Positions 11,301-23,385 of a stretch of 64,000 nucleotides of DNA are shown here, in pieces. This stretch comes from Malacoraja senta (taxonomy: Eukaryota). The translations under genes and the position numbers were made by a program. Within the stretch, counting starts at the first letter, position 1; each line of letters starts with the position of its first letter. Under the pieces are notes generated by a model. The model was not told where the DNA came from and did not search any database. It saw nothing but the letters and a program-made list of their open reading frames with translations. The stretch spans positions 62,001 through 126,000 of the forward strand of contig JAXLNO010000114.1 of NCBI GenBank assembly GCA_038087875.1. The letters run 5' to 3'.

Positions 11301-11466
11301 CCTGAATCTACAGACAATGAAGCAATCCATAGTGAGTCCCTGTGTCAGTCTAACAATTGCTTAGCCTTTGATCTTCTGATTTCCCATTCTGCAAAGCTCT
11401 GAACAGTTTCAGTATTACATCAATTCTGACAAGTCATTGGTGTGAACTGTACATTTCAACACTCAC

Positions 11467-11532
11467 CTTCCATATGAGAGGGTAAGTCAGATAAACCTCT
11501 GGTGATGTTCATGTATTCTTGTGGATCAGGAC
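11467..11532 (-). pseudogene. NLR linker exon (66 nt)
   Basis: ttaacag acceptor and gtgagt donor; encodes GPDPQEYMNITRGLSDLPSHME; phase 1/1, in frame with the NACHT exon. Confidence 0.8.
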
Positions 11533-11631
11533 CTGTTAAATCAACGAGTATTCATTAAACCGGACCTGAATAACATTGTTAACTCCAGTGTTTCAATGTG
11601 ATATTCAGTTCAGTGTGTTGATTTACCGTAC

Positions 11632-11811
11632 CGAGCTCCTGGATTTCTTTCAGTATTTTGTCCAGCTTTGGTAATTCATTCTGCATTTTCACAAAGGATT
11701 CCCACATCACCCGCCGGGCACGGTTACCATGCCCCATCACCAGACTGAGGAAGAGTGTGGAACTGCCTCTCCGGTTTCCCTTTTTCCCTTTACCACGAGC
11801 TCAGCGACACT
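11632..11811 (-). pseudogene. NLR N-terminal death-fold/CARD-like exon 2 (frameshifted)
   Basis: ttcacag acceptor. Reads SVAELVVKG, an 8-nt duplication AAGGGAAA, then NRRGSSTLFLSLVMGHGNRARRVMWESFVKMQNELPKLDKILKEIQEL and a gt donor. Confidence 0.8.
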
Positions 11812-11916
11812 CTGTGAAGATCAACAATGCATATATTGAGAAGTGTCTGAGACAATGCTAATGGGGAGGGAATTAGCTGTTCAGTGATGGGTTATTCTGG
11901 TAGTTTTGAGCATAGT

Positions 11917-14900
11917 GGCTTCCGGTGGCGAGGCAGCAGATGGCTGCTTAATCTCGAGCTCCCAATAGCAAGTTTAAAACTAGCCTCCCTTAATTCACTA
12001 ATTGCCACATAATTCGCAGTTTTCTGTATTGGAATGAGTGGGGGAGTGACAACTAGATGTCAAAAGAAACGTGACGGACGTGAAAGAAAGAATTCACCGG
12101 AGATGGACAAAGCTCAAAGCTCAAAAGATGACTCGGCAGAAACCATGCGCTCAATGCTCCACAATATCAGTAAGGAAATAGGTGACTTCAGTGCTGAATA
12201 TAAAGTGGACTTACATAAATTTAAAGAACGACTCAAAGAAGACATGAAAGCCGAACTCAAAGATCTGAAGCAAGAAATTTACCGTAAACGTTCTGCTAAC
12301 TCCAAACAAATCCACGCCCACGAAACTAGACTAAACAAAGCTGAGGCACGAATCGAAGAGGCTGAGACAATTAACATGGCTATGAAAAATGTGCTGTTTA
12401 AATCTATGAAAAAACAGAAAGTCATGCAAGAAAAACTGACTGATTTGGAAGGACGGTCTAGACGAAATAACATTCGCATCTCCGGCGTACCTGAAGAGAA
12501 AGAAGGCAAATCCATGTCTGAATTTGTGGAACAACTTTGAAAACTGAACTTGCAATAACAACGGACACCAACGTATGGATCCAGCGCGCGCACAGAGCTT
12601 TGGCTCGCAAACCGGAACGTAACGCACCACCTAGGTCTATAGTGGTAAATTTCCTGGAGTTTAATACCAAAGAAATGGTTTTGAAAAAGGCCTGGGGAAA
12701 GAAGATGATAATTGACGGGCGATGTCTATCATTTGACCACGACTATGCAACGGAGGTTGTCCAGAAGCGCAAGGCATATAAGGGAATAAAGAGGGCCCTG
12801 AAGGAGAGAGGTGCCCGCTTCCAGACCCCGCTGGACAAGATGCGCATTCACTGGGACTCAGGAACATGCACATATCATAGTGCACAAGACGCAGCGCAAG
12901 AGTTGAGGAGGAGAGGCTGCTCCGTGGAGACACCAGATTACAGCACTGAGGAGCGGTGGACCCAGAGATGGAGCGTCTTCTCCAGGCTTTGACATAGCAG
13001 AAAGTTGGAAAGAGGAGCAAAGATGGAGTGAGACAGCAAGAGAGCAACTACAGGAGTCTGAGCAGACCCCATCCAACTAGCTTTTATTGTGTCACAACTT
13101 CTTTTGGACTAGAAAATAAGTGATATCGGATGACGTTGGACGATACTAGGATGCGTGAAATAGAGTGTTTCACCTCTAGTGAGGGGCCCTCTGGGAGGAG
13201 GTTTTCCCCTCTACCTGCCAACGGGGACTCAGGGTGGCAAGGAATCACCCTTACTTGGAAGCCAACTGTTTTCTCTTTTTTTAAATTTTGTTTATTTGGC
13301 ACATGTTGTCCAGATGTTCAGACCTGCACAGTTCCAAGTTATCTGGAGATTTATGAATGCAATACAGGATTAGGTAAATTAAATGTTACTATTAAATTCG
13401 TGTCACTCAATGTAAATGGGATGAATAATCCAATTAAAAGGGGCAAGGTCCTGGCTAAACTGAAAAAAGAAAAGGTTCAGGGACTATTTCTACAAGAACC
13501 CCCCCCCCCCCCCCCGCCTCAACAAGAACATGAGAAATTAAAACGCTTTGGCTTTAGAAATGCATTTTATAGTTCCTATAAAATTAGCCAAAAGAGGGGA
13601 GTGGCTATCCTTATCACAAACGCAGTCCAATTTGAATGCCATAAAGAAGTCAGGGACAAAGAGGGAAGGTATGTATTAGTTAAAGGAAAGTTGGAAAACA
13701 TAGTAGTGACACTGATCAATGTATATGCCCCCCCAGAGAGTACCAAATGTTTTTTCAAAACTCTGTTTGACATTATTGCTTTAGAGACTGAAGGTATTTT
13801 GATATGTGGAGGGGACTTCAATGTGGTTATGAATCATAATTTGGATACAACAAGCCTAAAAAAAACCAAGATGCATCTGACCAAGTTTATTAACACACCA
13901 GTGCAGGAAATGGGCCTAATTGATGTTTGGCGAGAACTTCACCCTTTAGAAAGGGACTACACACACTATTCAGTACCTCACTCAGTCTACTCCAGGATTG
14001 ACTACTTTTTAATGAATACGGGTGAAAGCCACAGGATCACAGAGTGTAAAATCGGGGTGGCAGATGTATCTGATCACAATGCGATCAGCTTGAGAGTACA
14101 CCTGATTGGTAGAAAAAGAAATACTGTTTGGAGGCTCAATGTGGGTACTTTGAATAATACGGCAAATGTGGAACAAATAAGGGAAGAGATAAAAAGGTAC
14201 ATAGAAGTGAATAATAACGGGGATGTGGATCCTGTAATACTGTGGGATGCTATGAAGGCAGTTACACGTGGAAAGCTGATCGCCCTGACATCATCACAAA
14301 AAAAGGCCCGGCTAGCTACGTATGAACATAAAGGAGAAAAATTGAAAGAATTGGAGAAAAAGCATAAAAACACACTGGATCAGTTGGTACTAAAACAGAT
14401 TAAGGAAATAAGGGGGGAGATACATGAGATCCTCAGGGGAGATATGGAAAAAAGGGCAAGATTTGTAAAGCAGACCTATTATGAAGCAGGTCCAAAAGCA
14501 ACTAAACTCCTGGCCAGACACCTGCGTAAACAGCAGGCCTCTAATACAATTCATCAAATAAGAGATCCTAAAACCAATCAATTATCACATGACCTAGATG
14601 GGATAGAAAGAATATTTGAAGAATACTATAAGAAACTCTATTCTAAACCACCATCAGCTGATGAAAGGACAATGAGATGTTTTCTTAACTCATTTGATCT
14701 GCCATCCATTGATGAGGCACAAAATAATACTATTACGTCACAATTTACGGTAAAGGAGCTGGAAGCTGCAATCAGTAAACTTAAGGCTAGTAAATCACCA
14801 GGCAGCGATGGGTTTCCACCAGAATGGTACAAGGCCTTTAAGAAAGAGCTAACACCTCTGCTCCTGTCTTGCTTTAACTGGACCCTTAAAGAGGGCAGGG

Positions 14901-17448
14901 CTCCCCCATCATGGAAGGAAGCAATTATAACCATTTTACCCAAGGAAGTCAAAGACAAAGAGAAATGTAAAAATTTTAGGCCAATCTCAATCTTAAATGT
15001 AGACTACAAACTATTTACCTCAATCATTTGCAAAAGACTCGAGACTTTTGTACCAGATCTGATTAATGAAGACCAAACTGGATTTATTAGGGGGCGTCAA
15101 ACACAGGATAATATTAGAAGAACCCTCCACATTGTGGATAATGCTAAAAAAAAAGGATACAAATATGGTCCTGGTCAGTTTGGATGCAGAAAAAGCCTTT
15201 GATTGTGTTAGTTGGGTAATTTTATATGAAGTACTAAGGAGATTTGGTTTCAATGAAGATGCAATTCGGTGTATTAAAACAATATATCAGGAGCCTACAG
15301 CTAGGATTAAGGTAAATGGAAACATATCAAAAAGGATCCAGTTAGAGAGGGGCACAAGACAAGGATGCTGTCTTTCTCCTACTCTTTTCGTTTTGTATAT
15401 TGAACCCTTAGCACAAGCAATAAGGCAAAGAGAAGACCTGCAGGGGGTCAAAATAGGGTGGAAAGAACATATCATTGGTCTTTTCGCTGATGATATCATT
15501 ATTTTTCTTGAACAACCAGATATATGTCTCCCAAATCTAATGAACCTATTTGAAACATATGGATACTACGCAGGGTATAAACTGAATATAACAAAAACAC
15601 AAATTCTTTCATTCAATTATTCTCCATCCCAACAAATCAGAGATGCATATAATCTGAAATGGAATTCTAAAACGATGCAGTATCTTGGTTTAACTATAAC
15701 CAAAACACTTTCCAACTTGTTTGAAACTAATTATAACAAAATTGAAGAAAACATCAAAAAGGATGTTGAAAGGTGGTCTACCCTTCCTCTAGACTTCAGT
15801 GCCAGAATACAAACGGTAAAAATGAATTTCCGACCTAAACTACTATATTTATTCCAATCTCTCCCAATTAATGTTCCCCGAGATAAATTCATAGCCTGGG
15901 ATAAAATGATCTCTAGATTCATTTGGAATAGCAAAAAAACAAGAATAAAACTAACAACACTTCAACTGCCGAAAAGCAAGAGTGGAATGGCTTTACCAAA
16001 TCTGAGGAAATACTTTTATGCAGCTCAACTCAGACCTCTGGCTTGTTGGTGTAGACCTGATTATGAATCTCGATGGAAAGAAATGGAAAGGGAGGTACAG
16101 GGTTACCAGACCCAGATTTTGGTGGGAGATAAATATCTGAGAGGGGCTTTGAGACAGGCTATGGATCCAATAGTAGCAATTACATTAGAAATATGGAATG
16201 TTATAGCAGAAAAATACAAATTAAAAAGAGGGGTCCACGCATTGAAGTGGTTCGCATATCTCAAAGTTTAAGCTAGGGGTGTATGATTCAAGATTCAAAG
16301 AATGGGGACAAAAAGGCATAACGGCAATGTATACAGTTTCAGAAAATGGCGAGTTTATGAGCTTCCAAGATTTAGTCAAAGTATGGTCTCAAAAACAAAG
16401 ATTTTTTTAGATACTTGCAATTAAGAGACTACTTTACAAAAGAGATAAGGCCAGAACTAGATGAAACTTCAAATAATGTGATCAAGGTGATTATGGATGC
16501 ATACAAACAGAAGGGGTCTCGGGTCATCTCTACCAAGCTCTGGTGGGAAGCGGGGGAGAATCACGCTCCACATAAAAACAAAATGGGAAGCAGAATTAAA
16601 GATTCAAATAACAGAAGAAGAATGGTATCAAATGTGTCAAAACACAATGTTCATCCACAAGCTCACTAGTATGGAGAGAATTTTGCTGGAAGAATCTATC
16701 TCGCTTTTTTATAACACCCAAAATAAAAAGCAGACAACTTGCTGTACAACAACACTGTTGGAGGCTGTGTGGGAGTATGGAGGCAGACCACTCGCACATT
16801 TTCTGGAACTGTGTAAAGATAAGGCCATACTGGGAAAATGTTAATGCAGTTGTAAAAAATATCTTGGGTTATAAAATCCCAAATACCTGCCCTGTGATGT
16901 ATCTGGGGCGTATTAAATATATTGTAAAAATAGAAGATACATATTTGATTAAAGTGTTGCTTGCAGCAAGTAAGAAGGCCATTACCAGGCAGTGGCTTAA
17001 TGGAAAAAGTCCAAAACAAGAACAGTGGTTAGAAATTGTGTGACACATCTTTAATATGGAGAAATTGACATATTCCTTGAGAGTCAAGGAGAATTCATTT
17101 GAGAAGATCTGGGATAAATGGACCGTTTATTTGAGTCATGACACCAATTAGATAAATGCCAAGCTAGATATGGGAAGATTGTGTTATATAGAACTAGATG
17201 GTATGTTTGTGTGAATATTGAATTATCTCCAGATATCTAATCAATGTAATGTTTTTTTTTAAATTTGGTAAGTGAACCACACGGTCTTATTTTAATTTTC
17301 TATTTATTTACTTCTTTTTTTCTCTTTTTCCCCATCTACTTATTTTTTTATTTTGATTGTTGTTTGTCTTATTTTGTTTTATTTATGGTGATGGTGTTGC
17401 ACTTTGTATATATCTCTGAAAAATCAATAAAAATTTAAGTGAAAAAAA
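11917..17448 (+). mobile_element. Full-length L1/Tx1-clade LINE, decayed
   Basis: ORF1 12034-~13080 (coiled coil, LEGRSRRNNIRISG, IQRAHR; frameshift ~12540). ORF2 ~13390-17150 (SLNVNG, GGDFN, SRIDY, SDH APE; GTRQGCCLSP, FADD; CWRLC..HIFWNC). AATAAA plus A-tail; flanked by an ~82-bp direct repeat. Confidence 0.95.
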
Positions 17449-17569
17449 GAGAAGTGCCTGAGACAATGCTAATGGGGAGGGAATTAGCTGTTCAGTGATG
17501 GATTATTCTGGTAGTTTTGAGCATAGTGGCAGGCATTGGTCTGCCTTTTCATACACCCATGACACTGTG

Positions 17570-18105
17570 ACAATAGACAATAGACAAGGTGCAGGAGTAG
17601 GCCATTTGGCCCTTCGAGCCAGCACCGCCATTCAATGTGATCATGGCTGATCATCCCCAATCAGTACCCTGTTCCTGCCTTCTCCCCGTATCTCCTGACT
17701 CCGCTATTTTCAAGAGCCCTATCTAGCTCTCTCTTGAAAGCATCCAGAGAACCTGCCTCCACCTCCATGAGGCAGAGAATTCCACAGACTCACCACTCTC
17801 TGTGAGAAAAAGTATTTCCTCGTCTCTGTTCTAAATGGCATACTCCTTATTCTTAAACTGTGGCCCCTGGTTCTAGACTCCCCCAACATTGGGAACATGT
17901 TTCCTGCCTCTAGCATGTCCAAACCCTTAACAATCTTATATGTTTCAATTAGATGCCCTCTCATCCTTCTAAACTCCAGAGTGTACAAGCCCAGCTGCTC
18001 CACTCTCTCAGCATATAACAGTCCCGCCATCCCAGGACTTAACCTGGTGAACCTACGCTGCACTCCCTCAATAGCAAGAATGTCCTTCCTCAAGCTTGGG
18101 GACCC
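17570..18105 (-). mobile_element. CR1 LINE 3' fragment
   Basis: LRKDILAIEGVQRRFTRL...RTRGHSLRIR...FFSQRVVSLWNSLP; (ctattgt)n tail. Confidence 0.9.
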
Positions 18106-18517
18106 AATTTGCTGGAAGGTGCTGACAAACTGTGTACACCCAGAGTCCTGACAGTATAAAACTCGCTTCACACCTGGCCGTGTCCAAGAACACAGCAGAG
18201 TACAGCACAGGAACAGGCCATTCAGGCCAATGATGGCTGTGTTGACATTGATGTGAAATTAATCCAATTCCTTTTGGCCTCACATGGACTGCATCCCACT
18301 AGGAATGGACGCGTCCAGTCCAACCTGCATTTCTTCCTGCTCTGCATTTTGAAGCTACTATGTTCTTTCATCCACATTCTTACCCTCTGTGAGCCGGCAT
18401 TCACTCATTGACCAGATAACTTTTTTATTTCTATACCTACCCCAGTTTTATCCGATCAAAGACATTCCTCTCTTGTACATTTCCAGCAACTCATCCCCTC
18501 CTTTAGCTGCACATTCA

Positions 18518-18826
18518 AGCCCCTGTCCAATTTTCCCGAGTTACTCACGAATTCTCCCGAGTTTTCCCCTTGATTCAAACTCGGAGATGCCAGCCGTAAG
18601 TAATCGGGGCTATTTATTTTACTCATGGACATTTTTCAACATGCTGAAAAAACGTCCCGACTTACCTGATGCCCCAAGTACCTACGGCTAGCATTCCGAG
18701 CCGCTACGAAATATCTTCAGACACCTATGGCCTCCTACGGACTCGCTACGGACATTCCCCGAGTTTGAATCAAGGGGAAAACTCGAGAGAATTCGTGAGT
18801 AACTCGGGAAAGTGGGACAGGGCCTT
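18518..18826. mobile_element. MITE with long terminal inverted repeats (PIF/Harbinger-like)
   Basis: agcccctgtcc..tttcccgagttactcacgaattctc...ttgattcaaactcgg pairs with ccgagtttgaatcaagg...gaattcgtgagtaactcgggaaagtgggacagggcct. Confidence 0.7.
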
Positions 18827-18992
18827 ACTCGGCTTCTCTTCCCACAGATGCGTAAATAACCGACCTGCTGAATATTTTGTTTATTTTGTAGATTTTAGCA
18901 AATGTACTTTTGTTTATTTTATTTGTCAATTGAATTATCAGCGAACAGTTCAATGTCTTAGAGTAATTCAGCAGGTCAGGCAGCATCTCTAA

Positions 18993-19214
18993 AGCCCCTG
19001 TCCCACTGTACGAGGTAATTCAAGAGTTTTCCCGAGTTTCCCCGATTCCAACTCGGAGAATTACGGTAATGGCCGCTCGTGGGTACTCGGGGCTCTCGAG
19101 ACGTCCCGAGCTCCAACGTTCCCGGTAAGTACATTCTGCGTACTTACCACGAGTCCGGCTTTTTTTTAAACTCGGGAGAACTCTTGAATTACCTCGTACA
19201 GTGGGACAGGGGCT
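18993..19214. mobile_element. MITE, related family (PIF/Harbinger-like)
   Basis: Perfect TIR agcccctgtcccactgtacgaggtaattcaagag / ctcttgaattacctcgtacagtgggacaggggct, flanked by TAA/TTA. Confidence 0.8.
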
Positions 19215-19713
19215 TTAATATTATTTATTCGCTCCATAGATGCTGCCGCACCTGCTGAGTTTCTCCAGCACTTTTGTCTACCCTCTCTAAATATTAAGTT
19301 ATTTCGTGCAGCACATTGTGTGTTTTTTTGTAAACCAGGATCTGAAGTTCCTTGTGCTTGAGCCTAATGCCCTCTGTGGTTTCATGAACTGAGCTAAATG
19401 TGACCAATGAAACTGATGACACTTGAGAAGTATTATCGTTTTTGATTTTGGTTCACAGGTTTACTGCTTCCTGACCGTTGTGCTAAGATGCATGTGTAGG
19501 AAGAACAGTTGGATCAGAATGGACAATTCTCAGAAATCCCCAGGTCACAGGTTTTATTCCTGATACAAGATCTACAGGACGCAAACTGATCAGAGATCAG
19601 TGCCTCCATTGCACTATTCAGTGCGAGGTGAGTGGGACTGTATTGGTGACTCTTCCACCAATGCCGTCAGTTCTGTGACAGGAAACAGAAGTCACCGTAA
19701 TCCTTCCACTTAC

Positions 19714-19880
19714 CCCGTGTTCTTGTTCATTGAAACATCCCTCCCGTCTCATCATGAAGCCGAGACGTTCAACCCCTTCTTCAATCGCCTGTTTCAGTCT
19801 CTCTCGATAGAACTTTGTCAGCTGGAACAATTGGTAGTCGTTCCACTGTGTCAGAAACTCAGAGAATGTAGGCATTAGAT
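19714..19880 (-). pseudogene. NLR N-terminal death-fold/CARD-like exon 1
   Basis: acacag acceptor and gtaagt donor; encodes DLMPTFSEFLTQWNDYQLFQLTKFYRERLKQAIEEGVERLGFMMRREGCFNEQEHG; phase-compatible with 11632-11811. Confidence 0.8.
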
Positions 19881-19964
19881 CTGTGTATTCAAAGAGGGAA
19901 ACTAAACACTATCTGAATCAGTCCCCTTGGCTCCCGCTACAACAGCAACCTTTCAACATCCGTT

Positions 19965-20285
19965 CTACAACAACAACAAGATCACCCTGGAGAAAGTACA
20001 ACGCCTAGCAGCCCGCTTTTTATGTCATGAGTACAAGCGCAAATCAAGCGTGAATAATATGCTGACTTCTCCCGGATGGGATATACTAGAGCTCCGCAGA
20101 ATCAGGCTAAGACTTATTGCAATTTACAAGGAGATTCACAAAATCACGGCATCAAATCTCCCATCATCCCAGAGCACCAACTGCCATGAAACAAGACAAA
20201 ATAACGCTCCCTACATCATCAACTGGCTAAATTCCAATAAACTTTGCTACCAATATTCCCTTCACCCAAGGACGATAAGATGTCC
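19965..20285 (+). mobile_element. Old LINE (CR1/L2-group) ORF2 C-terminal fragment
   Basis: LEKVQRLAARF...SVNNML..GWDILELRR..RL..IYK...YQYSLHPRTIR. Confidence 0.7.
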
Positions 20286-20644
20286 AATTTTTCCGAAGCT
20301 AGTCGTAGCTAGTCTTCAACATAGTCGAAGGAGTTCTACATAGTCGAAGGAGGTCTTCAACATACTTTTTCAAACTCTTCTAAACTCGCCAATTAGGTCG
20401 CCGCAGTGGGACAGCCCCTTCGACCACCTACGTTTTTGTCCAAATCATGGACATTAGAAATTGCAGAGGTTCCAGAACTGATCCTTGCAGAATACTATTG
20501 GTCACGATCCTAGTCAGTATAACACTCCTCCACCACTATTCCTCTCTCATGCTTATCCTCACTCTAACCCCTTTGTTTTTTTTCTCTTCCCTGTCCCTAG
20601 TCTTCACCATTCTGCAGCATCCACTCCCCTCCCCTTTTAATTAC

Positions 20645-20929
20645 CTGCCCCTTGGATGAGACTCGATGATTCCTTGTTTGATGGATCGCAGTCATGATGG
20701 ATTTCACCACTTGGGTCAGTTCCAGGGCCGTGAACCACGTCTCCTATTCCTTTCCCTCTGGACTGACATTGTTCCCTTTCCGCTTCAGCGGCTTCACATT
20801 CCATTCACGTTTTGTTCTCAATCCCACTTTGCTTTTCCGTCATTGTTCCTGTGTTCTGACCATCTTTCTTTGATGAGGTGCCTGGCCAAAGTCTTTTGAA
20901 GACCTTGCCCGCTTTACTTAATTTCCCAC
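20645..20929 (-). pseudogene. Candidate upstream NLR exon (285 nt, low-complexity N-terminal extension)
   Basis: ttttttcag acceptor and gtaatt donor; phase 1/1, in frame with exon 19714-19880; one in-frame TGA at 20807-20805. Confidence 0.6.
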
Positions 20930-21164
20930 CTGAAAAAAAAACATTAATTGCAGTTTGCAGAGCAATTTCTAATGGAGAAAACCACAGGTTTGGAATAGCT
21001 GGCAGCAATCTGAGCTGACATTCTGGGGCAAGTGGAAGTTAATGGTTCGTCTTAGCAACAGAGCAAGAAAACAGGCCCTTCGACCCAACCTAACCAAAAT
21101 GCCCCATCTAAGCTAGTCCCATCAGTCCACGGGTTGACCATAATCTCTCTAAACCAATCTGTCT

Positions 21165-21555
21165 TTTGGGGAAAATATTTAATAGGAATCTGAGGGGTAA
21201 CGTTTTCACACAGAAGGTGGTGGGTGTATGGAACAAGCTTCCAGAGGAGGTAGCTGAGCCTGGGACTATCCCAAAGTTTAAGAAACAGTTAGACAGGTCG
21301 ATGGATAGGACAGGTTTGGGGGGAAATTGGCCATACGCGGGCAGGTAGGACTAGTGCAGCTGGGACATGTTGGCCGGTGTGGGCAAGTTGGGCAAAAGGG
21401 CCTGTTTCCGTGACTCTGGGACAAGTGCAGCTGGGAAATGTTGGCCGGTGTGGGCTAGTTGGGCAGAAGGGCCTGTTTCAGTGACTCTGGGACTAGTGCA
21501 GCTGGGACATGTTGGCCGGTGTGGGCTAGTTGGGCAGAAGGGCCTGTTTCCACGA
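21165..21555 (+). mobile_element. CR1-type 3' end with triplicated ~70-bp tail
   Basis: FTQKVVGVWNKLPEEV..., then 3 copies of ggactagtgcagctgggacatgttggccggtgtgggc..gggcctgtttc; mirrored at 63880-64000. Confidence 0.75.
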
Positions 21556-22149
21556 TGTAAACTGGAAATAACTGGAAGATTTGTTCTTTTAATCTGCGTA
21601 AGATCACTCCTACCTGCCTGTGCAATAATGGCAGGGTGATTCTTCAGTAAGTGTCTACTTTGAAGTTTCTGGAAACCCTATTATACAAATTACATTTTTG
21701 CTACTTTGAGTGTTGTTTCACATAGATGAACATCTCTACTATGGGAAAAATATGTTTAGAGAATTAAAAAAAAATGTCCTCTTCTTTTTCCAGGTTGCCC
21801 ATTGCATTCAGTCATATCCATCACATTTTTATGATGAACAACACTGCAAAATATAACTGATTTAAGAATATAATATCAAATTTTTGTTGCAGTCTTTCAA
21901 ATTATAGAGCATCTTCCTCAAATGAACCACCCAAAAAAACTTTTTCAGTCTAACGCATTAATTTTAAACCTTCGTTACAGTTTACTGCCGAAAAATGTGG
22001 TGATTTTCAGCAAAAATGGTAATCTTCACATAACTTTTCACCAACTTCGTGTAAAACAATATTAACTTCAGATGAATAGGCAGAGGCATATTGGCCATTG
22101 ATCAATTACAATTGATAATTATGGTCATTGTTGTCTTATTTTACACATA

Positions 22150-23385
22150 TTTTTTTTTTTAGATTCTAAGCAATGTACATACATCTTAATCATAATATGC
22201 AACCTATTACATTTCTTGTACAATTTCTTTTTTTTCCTTTTTTGTAAACTTTAACCTATAATAGAAAAGGAGAAAAGAAAAAAGAGAAAGCAGAAAAGAG
22301 TGAGGATAGTAGTGAAGTGTAGTCCGCAGTAATTGGCGTTAAGTGAATGATAATGGTTAAGTAGTCTGGGTGCTAGAAAATGTGAAAAGAAAAGAAGAAA
22401 GAAAAGGGGGGCCTTAAGAAAAGAAAAAAAAATAATGTAAGGAATCTAAAAAAGGTAAGGCTAAGCAAGAAGGAAAGGGAATGTGTCTAATTCCTGACGG
22501 TTCACACCCATCACCTAGTTCTAAAAGAACTATTTCCCAGGGTTGTGTTGCACCATATTACATCCGTAACAAATCAATGAAAGGTGACCAAATTCTTAAG
22601 AATTGCTCTTGTTTTCCTGCTAGAACAAGTCTCATTTCCTCAAGATGTAGTATTTCCAACATATTTGTAATCCACATTTTAAACGTTGGGATAGGAGCGT
22701 CTTTCCAGAATTTAAGTATAAGGTTTTTTGCCGTTATCAAACCGTAGTTTAATAAACATCTTTGAAATGTAGTGAGTTCGGAACAGGCTTTCATTGTTCC
22801 GAAAATAATCAATTCTGTATTTGGGTCCAGTCTTAATTTAAATATTTTTGAAAAACGTTCAAAAATTTCCTTCCAACATTTCTGAAGTTTTGCACAGGAG
22901 ACAAATGAATGTGCTATTGTTGCCTCTTGAGCTAAACACTTATCACAGATGGGAGAGACATTTGGAAAAATTGTATTTAATTTTGTTTTTGAGTAATATA
23001 ATCTGTGTACAATTTTAAATTGGATCAATATGTGTCTAACGTTGATCGAACATTTATGTATATATAACAAATAGTCTTCCCATCTGTCCTTGGAGATTTC
23101 TATAGACAATTCTTGTTCCCATTCTTTCCTTATGCCTTCTGTCGAAGGTATGTCTATATTTAAAAATACGATGTTAAGTGATCCAATTCTGCCTGTCTAT
23201 TCATGCATTGTTCTAAAGGGTCGAACTTCAAATTTTGATAATCTTTTGAATGCTTTTTCAAATAATCTCGAGTTTGTAAATATCTAATATATTGGTTACT
23301 TTCTATGTTGTATTTAAGCTGTAAATCTTGGAATGGTAAAAAATTTCCCGCTTCATACAAATCTTCCCAAGTCTTAATTCCATTA
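22150..23385 (-). mobile_element. L1 3' fragment (second subfamily)
   Basis: ORF 22558-23109 has IQFKIVHRLYYS...CDKC..HSFVSC; poly(T) at 22150-22160. Confidence 0.88.

Larger units (their letters stand above)
2838..20929 (-). pseudogene. NLR-family (NACHT-LRR, NLRC3/NLRP-like) pseudogene, multi-exon
   Basis: Eight AG/GT-bounded exons reconstructed by eye, with Walker A GVPGIGKT, Walker B LLFIFDGLDE and RI-type LRR exons. Multiple stops, frameshifts and a large deletion are present. Confidence 0.9.
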
